Assembly (NCBI GenBank): GCA_963746565.1 | Contig: CAVVCD010000049.1 | Span: 3,249-67,248, forward strand | Reading direction: 5' to 3' | Source of the DNA: an uncultured delta proteobacterium | GTDB taxonomy: Bacteria > Desulfobacterota > Syntrophorhabdia > Syntrophorhabdales > Syntrophorhabdaceae | DNA length: 64,000 bases | Part shown: positions 45,622-53,366 of the stretch, one piece after another | How positions within the stretch are numbered: position 1 is the first letter of the stretch | Layout of the letters: each line of letters begins with the position of its first letter | The notes under the pieces: generated by a model | The model's database searches: none | Told to the model about the DNA's origin: nothing | What the model saw: only the letters and a program-made list of their open reading frames with translations | Translations under genes and position numbers: made by a program

Positions 45622-46315
45622 CTCTGTTCGCCGAGAACCGGTAACCTACGCCGTAAATCGTGTGAATGAAGAGCGGGTTCTGTGGATCATCTTCCAGCTT
45701 GTGACGAATATTCTTGATATGGGCGTCCACGCTTCTCTCGTAACCCTCGAACTGGTAACCCAATGCCTTTTCAACAAGCTCGCTCCGGGTAAAAACCCTC
45801 TGGGGTGAACTGGCAAGGGTGAACAAAACCTTAAACTCTGTTGGCGTTAACCGTATCTCTTTACCCGTTTTCATGACCTTGTATGTTCCACCATCTACTA
45901 CGAGAGAACCACCACTAAACTTCATGGGCCCTTCGCCCCCCAGGTCCCCTTTTTCGAACCGCTTCAACACGGCCTTGACCCGAAAAACCAGTTCCCTGGG
46001 GCTGAACGGTTTGACCACATAATCATCGGCGCCAAGAGCAAAACCGGCAACCCGTTCTTCTTCTGAAGATTTTGCCGTCAGCATGATTATTGGTGTATCC
46101 GCAAGTTCTTTGAGCTGGAGACATACCTCCTCGCCGCTCATGTCAGGGAGCATCAGGTCAAGGATGACAAGGAGCGGTTTCTCTTTCCGCGCCTCTTCGA
46201 GGGCCTGTGCCCCGCGATCGACGTGGATAACCCTGAATCCTGCCCCTTCCAGGTATACCTTGACGATATGGGCAATCTTGGGATCATCTTCCACAACAAG
46301 GATCGGGTAAACCAT
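45614..46315 (-). CDS. OmpR-family response regulator
   Basis: Receiver (ILVVEDD, LVILDLMLPD, K) plus a winged-helix output (LTPTEFKVL, IHTIYGVGYRF). Start set at ATG 46315. Confidence 0.88.
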   Translation of the reverse strand: MVYPILVVEDDPKIAHIVKVYLEGAGFRVIHVDRGAQALEEARKEKPLLVILDLMLPDMSGEEVCLQLKELADTPIIMLTAKSSEEERVAGFALGADDYVVKPFSPRELVFRVKAVLKRFEKGDLGGEGPMKFSGGSLVVDGGTYKVMKTGKEIRLTPTEFKVLFTLASSPQRVFTRSELVEKALGYQFEGYERSVDAHIKNIRHKLEDDPQNPLFIHTIYGVGYRFSANRDV

Positions 46316-46452
46316 ATCTAATTGTATAGCAGAAATTATCAACACACAATAAATTGATTGAAATGGTAAGGCCAATAGGGTCCGGAAAAATTGGTTGCGA
46401 GCTTACTAAACATTTACAACTCAACATAGAAGTCGAGTATAATAAATGTGCT

Positions 46453-47286
46453 ATGCCGATGAAGCTGAAATCAAACCTCTTGTTGCTCCTGCTCCTTGTC
46501 TTGAGCTCAAATGTCGTAGGGCAGGATTCTGCGTGGAAGAAGATTGATGAAGGCTTATATTATAGCGATTTCACGGCCCCCATTAAGTCTTACACCGGTG
46601 GCTCAAAGATACTCATTGTCAGGATAGATCCAAAGGTTTACAATTTTCGATTACTTTCCATTTCAGAACTAGCTCCTGGCTCGCTCGCATTAAATGTCAG
46701 GGAGTGGACAGATAGATACAAGCTTATTGCAGCCATCAATGCCGGCATGTTTCAGGCAGATCTCAAGGCAAATGTGGGTTATATGAAGAACTATGCGCAC
46801 CTGAACAACCCCAGAATTCACAAAACCTACACCTCAGTTTTTGCCTTTAATCCAAAGAAGGCAGAGCTGCCGGCGGCTATGGTAATCGATACTGATGTAC
46901 AAGACATAAAAGAGATAATCTCCGGGTATCATACCGTGGTTCAGAACCTCCGGCTGATTAAGCGGCCAGGATTAATACGCTGGGCTCAACAGGACAAAAA
47001 GTGGAGCGAAGCAGCCCTTGGGCAGGACCAGGATGGAAACATTCTGTTTATCTTTTCAGAATCACCATACACAATGCACGAGTTGAGTAAAATCTTGCTA
47101 TCCCTTCCTATAAAACTGGAGTGTGCCATGCACCTTGAAGGTGGACCGGCAGCATCTTTGTATCTCCGTCACAATGGAATCGAACTTGGAAGAATGGGCC
47201 GTCATGAATTTTCTTCAATTGTTGGCGACATAAATAATGAATTCCTGCCGCTCCCCAACGTGATTGGCATAGCAAAAAAGAAATAG
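46453..47286 (+). CDS. Secreted phosphodiester-glycosidase-like (DUF2233-like) protein
   Basis: Signal peptide (MPMKLKSNLLLLLLLVL), INAGMF motif and HLEGGPAASL resembling the NAGPA/DUF2233 core. Assignment is tentative. Confidence 0.45.
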   Translation: MPMKLKSNLLLLLLLVLSSNVVGQDSAWKKIDEGLYYSDFTAPIKSYTGGSKILIVRIDPKVYNFRLLSISELAPGSLALNVREWTDRYKLIAAINAGMFQADLKANVGYMKNYAHLNNPRIHKTYTSVFAFNPKKAELPAAMVIDTDVQDIKEIISGYHTVVQNLRLIKRPGLIRWAQQDKKWSEAALGQDQDGNILFIFSESPYTMHELSKILLSLPIKLECAMHLEGGPAASLYLRHNGIELGRMGRHEFSSIVGDINNEFLPLPNVIGIAKKK

Positions 47287-47302
47287 CGCCATTACTTTGT
47301 TC

Positions 47303-47578
47303 TCATGGAGCATTCTCTAAGCGCCTGCCGGACAATCGATATTTGAGCTGCAGGTCAGGGCCGTAGATCTCATCGCCCTTTATCCATCCACGCATACGGC
47401 CATCACTGTCTAAAATATGACCACTGTCATCAATCTGATAACGCTGAACTGTTTCAGGATTAACTGCTTCTAATGACGGAGCATCTGCAACTTGCACTGC
47501 CGCACCTATCAATAATATGATGACCACACCTGTCAGCATCAACCTTATTTCTGAACAGATTTCTATAATATTACCCAT
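47303..47578 (-). CDS. Hypothetical small single-TM protein (91 aa)
   Basis: ORF with an SD-like ggaggaaagg upstream and one TM segment. No family recognised. Confidence 0.4.
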   Translation of the reverse strand: MGNIIEICSEIRLMLTGVVIILLIGAAVQVADAPSLEAVNPETVQRYQIDDSGHILDSDGRMRGWIKGDEIYGPDLQLKYRLSGRRLENAP

Positions 47579-47602
47579 GACCTTTCCTCCTTCCAGCCTT
47601 TC

Positions 47603-47630
47603 TTCTCACTTCTCACTTTTCGCTTTTCGC
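47603..47630. repeat. Heptamer array (ttctcac)x2 (ttttcgc)x2
   Basis: Four contiguous 7-nt units, read directly. Confidence 0.8.
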
Positions 47631-47716
47631 TTCTTATTGCCTATGGTTCTTTTATTTGATTATACGAGAGGAAGGTGACAGGTGTATGTCAGTCACTTAC
47701 GGAGAAAAATATTTTT

Positions 47717-48706
47717 TTAGGCGTGATCTTTTACTGACCTGGTAAGCTCTTTCCTGATTTGTTCCCGCAACCAGGCCGGCTCAACAACTTCAACATTGGG
47801 AAGCCATGAGTAGATCCAATGCTTGATTTCATTGACCCCGGCGATGGCGAAGGTGAGCTCAATTCCTCCATTGGGCAGTACTTTGCGCTGCTCCGAGGGG
47901 TGCCATTTTTCTTTTCTGAGGATGAATTCCGCCACATCCGACTTAAACTGGACCGTTATATTGACCGGTTCTTCATGGATGATACCCCAGCTACTCGAGA
48001 TATATTCCTCAAGATTAAAACCACCACGGATCTCAAAATAGAGAAATCGTTCCTTAAGATCAATGATCCTGTCTATGGCAAAGCTCCTTATTCCCTTTCG
48101 CAGATGACAGTAACCGATCAGGACCCAGACCCCCTCGAAAAACACAAGACCGTAAGGATCAACAATCCTCTCTATGGCTTCTTTTGTTTTGTGGGCACGA
48201 TAGACCATGCTCACAGACCTCTTCTCCTTTGTACAGAGAGAGATTGTCATGAGGTGGTTCTGAACCCTCTCGTTGATGGAAGCATCCGGGGTTTTTACGA
48301 TGATGGGAACTTTTTCCCTGTTTACAGGCATTCCTGTCACGGAGAACATCTTGTCCAGGAGGACCTGGAAATTATTCCTGAATGCTGCCCCCAGGTGAGA
48401 CAGTGCCTCGCCCGCGGTAAATAGGGTAATTAACTCCTGGTCTCCAAGCCTCAACTTCTTGATCCGGTCACCATAAGTAAATCTGTATCCGTTATTTTCC
48501 CGGTCAAATTCGATGGCGTCAATCAAGTTGATCTGTTCGAGATAGCGGTAAATAGACCGCTCAGTAACCCCAAAACGCTCCATGAGAGTGCTCGTAGAAG
48601 GATACTGTTTCTTGGCAATCATGGTGTAAATTTCGAGGAGCCTTATAACCTTTTCTGAGATACCGGCAGGCTTATGCGTTTTGTGGGGCACAAAGCCCTT
48701 CTTCAT
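47717..48706 (-). CDS. HTH-WYL-domain transcriptional regulator (YafY-like)
   Basis: N-terminal HTH (STLMERFGVTERSIYRYL) and a WYL core (IVDPYGLVFFEGVWVLIGYCHLRKGIRSFAIDRI). Confidence 0.8.
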   Translation of the reverse strand: MKKGFVPHKTHKPAGISEKVIRLLEIYTMIAKKQYPSTSTLMERFGVTERSIYRYLEQINLIDAIEFDRENNGYRFTYGDRIKKLRLGDQELITLFTAGEALSHLGAAFRNNFQVLLDKMFSVTGMPVNREKVPIIVKTPDASINERVQNHLMTISLCTKEKRSVSMVYRAHKTKEAIERIVDPYGLVFFEGVWVLIGYCHLRKGIRSFAIDRIIDLKERFLYFEIRGGFNLEEYISSSWGIIHEEPVNITVQFKSDVAEFILRKEKWHPSEQRKVLPNGGIELTFAIAGVNEIKHWIYSWLPNVEVVEPAWLREQIRKELTRSVKDHA

Positions 48707-48714
48707 CGGACCTG

Positions 48715-49058
48715 CTTCCAGGGAATACTGAAGGGTTCAAGGTCAAAGACCGTAAGACGTGGGATGTCCGTCCCTTCGGGACTTGGACGTAGGACGTGAG
48801 AAACGAAGCATGATGCGTCCGAGCGATTCGTGCTGGGCGCAACGAGCGGACGTCCGAGCGAAGCGATCGTCCTTCGGATATACGGTAAAGAAGAGGGGGC
48901 GACCCCGCTGAAGGCGGGCAGGGAGGGGGCGACCCCGCTGATGGCGGGACAGGCGCAAGCCCCAGTCATGGATTCATTTAGCTTGCACGGCAAGCGAGAG
49001 GGGGAGGCTCCACGGACATTGTTCGTGGAGGGGGCGACCGGACAAGCCAGGCAAGCCA
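48715..49058 (+). repeat. Mosaic intergenic repeat cluster, copy 3
   Basis: ggttcaagg words, module C (48748-48823), a cggacgtccg palindrome, a truncated module A (48893-48922), a full module A (48923-48965), module B (48996-49037) and a degenerate A remnant. Confidence 0.85.
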
Positions 49059-49059
49059 G

Positions 49060-49709
49060 TCATAGTATGACGAATTTTTTGAGGTATTGGATAATCTCCT
49101 CTGGTTCGTCCATAATCCTGAAAATTTCAAGATCTTCCGGGAAATCTTATCACAGGAAAGGAGGTTGTCCTTCATCCATTCAATCAGCCCCCTCCAGTAA
49201 GAGGAATCCACAAGAATGACAGGGAAAGGCTTAATCTTTTTTGTCTGAATGAGGGTCAAGGCCTCAAAACACTCGTCGAGAGTTCCAAAACCTCCCGGGA
49301 GGACAATATACGCCATTGCGTATTTTACGAACATTATTTTTCTCACAAAAAAGTACCGGAAATTAAGCTTTATATTCGCATACGGGTTGGGTACCTGTTC
49401 AAAAGGGAGTTCAATGTTGAGGCCTATTGACTTTGCCCCCACCTCTGCAGCACCTTTATTTGCTGCCTCCATGACGCCGCCGCCGCCGCCGGTAATCACA
49501 TTGAAACCGTTTTTTCCGAGAAGCTTTGCAAGATTGTATGTCCTTGCATAGAGAAGGTCACCATCTTTACAACGGGCGCTCCCAAATATGCTTATTGCAG
49601 GTTGTATGCCTGAAAGGTTTTCAAAGCCTTCTACAAGCTCTGACATGATGTGGAACAAGCGCCATGTATCCTTCACGGTTATGTCATCAACGACGTACTG
49701 TTTCTCCAT
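49060..49709 (-). pseudogene. LOG-family (TIGR00730-like) protein with an apparent 1-nt deletion frameshift at a GGG run (49139-49141)
   Basis: GGGGGVMEAANKGA and PGGFGTLDE motifs. The track frame runs on into the repeat cluster (to 48978). The adjacent frame reads ISPEDLEIFRIMDEPEEIIQYLKKFVIL with a stop at 49060-49062. Confidence 0.75.
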
Positions 49710-49892
49710 GGAAACCCCTTTTTGCCTTGAGATTTTGGGTGTTCACATATATTATTTAGATGGCGTGGAGATGTCAAACGAAAATGGAGTCCTTCGGAAA
49801 CTTCTCTGGCTTTATTTGTCATTTCCATAATATGCTGTTTCCCTTGCTCTCGGGGCAAGAATTATTGGGGATGGATTTTCTGAGTTGGATAT

Positions 49893-50672
49893 ATGGGTGA
49901 TATCCTTATCGGTACAAGCGGTTTTTCCTTTGATGACTGGGTTGGAGAGGTCTATCCGCAAACCATCAAAAAACAGGAGATGTTACCCTACTATGAAAAT
50001 GTCCTCGGTTTTTCAACCCTTGAGGTAAACTATACTTACTATGCGCTACCTTCGAGAAGGACCATGGAGTCTTTTGTGAGAAGGACTTCGGATACATTTT
50101 CCTTTGCCGTCAAGGCTTATAAAGGGATCACCCACGAAAGAAATGAGACAACAAGGGGACAATTCAAGACATTTAAAGAAGGGATAAGCCCCTGGGAAAA
50201 GAGTTTAAGAGCTCTTCTTTTTCAGTTTCCCTATGCGTTTCTGCCAAACCAGGAAAATATTGACTACCTCAAGGTCCTCAAGGATGAATTCCAGGATTAT
50301 GAATCGGTGGTTGAATTCAGGAACTCGCGATGGTTCGATGACAGGCATATGGATATTCTTGAGGAATTATCTTTTGGTTCCTGCGTTGTGGACGAGCCGA
50401 AGCTGAAGGGCCTTTTACCCTTTCGTCCTGCCCTTACATCAAAAACAGGCTACTTCCGTTTTCACGGACGCAACAAGGCATGGTTTCGTGAACCAGTTGA
50501 GATACGCTACGACTACCTCTATTCCGAGAAAGAGTTGAAGGAGTTTGTGGCACCGATAAAAGATGTTGCTCGTCGCGCTGAAACGACGCTTGTCTTCTTC
50601 AATAATTGTCATGCAGGAAAGGCAGTGAAGAACGCACAAATGATGAAGAAACTATTGAATGAGGCCGGTTAA
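49893..50672 (+). CDS. DUF72 family protein
   Basis: IGTSGFSFDDW N-terminus, EVNYTYY, and typical length. Confidence 0.8.
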   Translation: MGDILIGTSGFSFDDWVGEVYPQTIKKQEMLPYYENVLGFSTLEVNYTYYALPSRRTMESFVRRTSDTFSFAVKAYKGITHERNETTRGQFKTFKEGISPWEKSLRALLFQFPYAFLPNQENIDYLKVLKDEFQDYESVVEFRNSRWFDDRHMDILEELSFGSCVVDEPKLKGLLPFRPALTSKTGYFRFHGRNKAWFREPVEIRYDYLYSEKELKEFVAPIKDVARRAETTLVFFNNCHAGKAVKNAQMMKKLLNEAG

Positions 50673-50673
50673 T

Positions 50674-50715
50674 AGGTTACAGGTGACAGGTTCGAGGCTA
50701 AAGGTTCAAGGTTGA
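50674..50715. repeat. Degenerate heptamer array aggtNNN x6 (aggttac aggtgac aggttcg aggctaa aggttca aggttga)
   Basis: Begins 2 nt after the stop at 50672. Strict 7-nt phase. Confidence 0.8.
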
Positions 50716-50769
50716 GAGGTATAGATCAGCAACGAACAAATCAGGGTCTTAACAGAGAGCAGGAGATAT

Positions 50770-51711
50770 ATGAGAATTGGAATTGATATTGGTGGAACAA
50801 AAATTGTGGCAGGTCTCGTGGACATCACGGGAAAGGTTATGGCCAGAAAAAAGATATTAGTAGGACACGACAAGAGTTATCTCATTGTTCGAGATGCCAT
50901 TATTATGCTGGTGCGTGACATTCTTTCGGAAAACAACGTACACACCGAATCCCTGGAGCGAATTGGCGTTGCCTCTGCAGGACAGATAGACAGTGGATTC
51001 AATAAAATAATATTTTCACCGAACCTCGGGTGGCGCAATGTAACGTTGAGGGATGACTTTGAGGCGGCATTGAAGGTACATACCTTTGTAGATAATGATG
51101 TGAATGCAGCAACCTACGGTGAGTGGCGTTTTGGTGCGGCGAGGGGAGCCAATAACGTCCTCGGAGTTTTTATCGGTACAGGGGTTGGCGGAGGAATCAT
51201 CATTCATGGTAAGGTCTACCGTGGATCTTACAATGCCGGGGCAGAAATTGGTCACATAATCCTTAACCCTTTCGGTTACCCCTGCAACTGCGGAAACACT
51301 GGTTGCCTTGAAGCATACTGTGGCGGCGGGTATATCGTTGAACGGGTCAAGAAACACATAAAGAGCGGGTACCGTGGTAAAGTATGGGAGTTGATTGATG
51401 GCAATATAGATTCTTTGAATGCTGGTCACGTTGAGTATGGATCTACCCTTGGTGATGACCTGTGCGAGGCTGTGTGGACTGAAGTACTCGAATACCTTGG
51501 TGCCGGCCTTGCGAGTTTGGCAAACCTCTTGAATCCTGAGGTGATTGTGCTAGGCGGGGGTGTCGCCTATGGAACACGCCATCTCATAGAAGATGTTAAG
51601 CCTATCATGAAAAAAAGGGCTATGGCAGCCTCCCTGAAAAACATGAAACTCGTGAAGGCGAAGCTGAAAGAAGATGCGGCGATCATTGGCGCAGCGTTTA
51701 TAGAACCATGA
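50770..51711 (+). CDS. glk: ROK-family glucokinase
   Basis: IDIGGTK, DNDVNAA and the Zn motif CNCGNTGCLE. Confidence 0.85.
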   Translation: MRIGIDIGGTKIVAGLVDITGKVMARKKILVGHDKSYLIVRDAIIMLVRDILSENNVHTESLERIGVASAGQIDSGFNKIIFSPNLGWRNVTLRDDFEAALKVHTFVDNDVNAATYGEWRFGAARGANNVLGVFIGTGVGGGIIIHGKVYRGSYNAGAEIGHIILNPFGYPCNCGNTGCLEAYCGGGYIVERVKKHIKSGYRGKVWELIDGNIDSLNAGHVEYGSTLGDDLCEAVWTEVLEYLGAGLASLANLLNPEVIVLGGGVAYGTRHLIEDVKPIMKKRAMAASLKNMKLVKAKLKEDAAIIGAAFIEP

Positions 51712-51715
51712 AGGA

Positions 51716-51774
51716 AGCTCATAGCTGATAGCTGACGGCCAAAGACAGAAGCGAGAAGATGAGAAGTTAAGAAG
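51716..51774. repeat. Heptamer arrays agctcat agctgat agctgac, then agaagcg agaagat gagaagt taagaag
   Basis: Units at 51716-51736 and 51747-51774. GATGAGAAG (51758-66) is inverted at CTTCTCATC (51825-33). Confidence 0.7.
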
Positions 51775-51864
51775 TTTAGTAGATGCGTAAAAAATTAAGA
51801 CGGAATAATAAAACAGCTTCTCAGCTTCTCATCATACAAGAAGAAACACATGGGAGATGACAGG

Positions 51865-53226
51865 ATGAATAAGGTGATCTTCAGGGAATACGATATCAGG
51901 GGAGATGTGGATCAGGATTTAACGGATCCTGTTGTAAGGGACATCGGACGGGCATTTGCTGCTTACATGGCAGAGAGGGGCAAGAAGACTGCATCGATAG
52001 CGAGGGATTGCCGGTTGAGTTCGGAGCACTTCAGGAATCTCATTATTGAAGGCATGATGGAAGGCGGTTTGAATGTTGTCGATTTAGGACTCGTCCCTAC
52101 TCCCCTTTTCTACTATTCCCTCTTTACCCTCGATGTAGAAGGCGGGATCATGATAACGGGCAGCCATAATCCCCCTTCCATGAACGGTTTCAAGGTTGCC
52201 TTCGACAAAAGCACCATCTTCGGGGATGAGATCCAGTACTTGGGGAAATTGATCGAAGAGAAGCGGTTTGTTCATGGCCAAGGATCTTACCGTGAATATA
52301 AAGGGATCGTCGAAGATTATTACGGATTTCTGAGATCAAACATCAAGCTGGAAAAGAGCTTTAATGTTGTGGTGGATGCCGGAAACGGCACTGGTGGAGT
52401 TGTTGCAGCCCCCATACTCAAAGAGATGGGGCAAAATGTGACGGAGATATTCTGTGAAATGGATGGCCATTTCCCGAACCATTTCCCGGATCCTACCGTT
52501 GAAAAAAACATGGAGACCCTTCGCCGGACAGTTCTCAGCCAAAACGCAGACATTGGCATCGGTTATGATGGCGACAGCGACAGAATTGGCGTCATCGATG
52601 ACAAAGGCAACATTATATGGGGCGACTACCTCATGATCATTTTTGCACGAGAAATATTAAAGACACACAAAGGGGCATCCTTCGTCTCCGAGGTCAAATG
52701 CTCAAAGAACCTCTTTGACGATGTGGAACAGCATGGCGGAATTCCCGTTATGTGGAAGGCAGGCCATTCTCTTATTAAACAGAAAATGAAAGAGACAGGG
52801 GCTTTACTGGGCGGCGAGATGAGCGGGCACATCTTTTTTGCAGATAAATTCTTCGGCTTTGATGATGCCATTTATTCATCCCTGAGGCTTCTCGAAATCA
52901 TGGGCAAAGACGACCGCCCACTCTCTGAGTATCTCTCTGATGTACCAAAAACATATTCAACCCCGGAGATACGCATCGATTGTGCTGATGACGTAAAATT
53001 TAACGTCGTGAAAAAACTGACAGACTATTATAGAAGCAAGTTCAAAATTATCGACATCGATGGCGTCAGGATACTCCTTAATGATGGCTGGGGACTTGTC
53101 AGGTCTTCCAACACGCAGCCTATTCTCGTCCTGCGGTTTGAAGGGCAAAGTGAAGAGGCCCTGGACAGAATTCAGGGTATGGTGATGGAGGACCTTGAGC
53201 GCATGATGAAGGAACAGGTAAAGTAA
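51865..53226 (+). CDS. Phosphomannomutase/phosphoglucomutase
   Basis: Active-site TGSHNPPSMNGFK, the metal loop DGDSDR, and GEMSGH. ATG 51865 is preferred over 51850. Confidence 0.88.
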   Translation: MNKVIFREYDIRGDVDQDLTDPVVRDIGRAFAAYMAERGKKTASIARDCRLSSEHFRNLIIEGMMEGGLNVVDLGLVPTPLFYYSLFTLDVEGGIMITGSHNPPSMNGFKVAFDKSTIFGDEIQYLGKLIEEKRFVHGQGSYREYKGIVEDYYGFLRSNIKLEKSFNVVVDAGNGTGGVVAAPILKEMGQNVTEIFCEMDGHFPNHFPDPTVEKNMETLRRTVLSQNADIGIGYDGDSDRIGVIDDKGNIIWGDYLMIIFAREILKTHKGASFVSEVKCSKNLFDDVEQHGGIPVMWKAGHSLIKQKMKETGALLGGEMSGHIFFADKFFGFDDAIYSSLRLLEIMGKDDRPLSEYLSDVPKTYSTPEIRIDCADDVKFNVVKKLTDYYRSKFKIIDIDGVRILLNDGWGLVRSSNTQPILVLRFEGQSEEALDRIQGMVMEDLERMMKEQVK

Positions 53227-53366
53227 ACAACAGAAATTGAGAAGACAGGATGTTGAAAAAGATGAGTTTGACCTTCTTCACCTCTTAGCTTCTTAACTTT
53301 TCAGTTTCTCAGCTTCTGAACTCTATCCTGAATAAATTATCTAATACTATGGTATAACATTAAATC

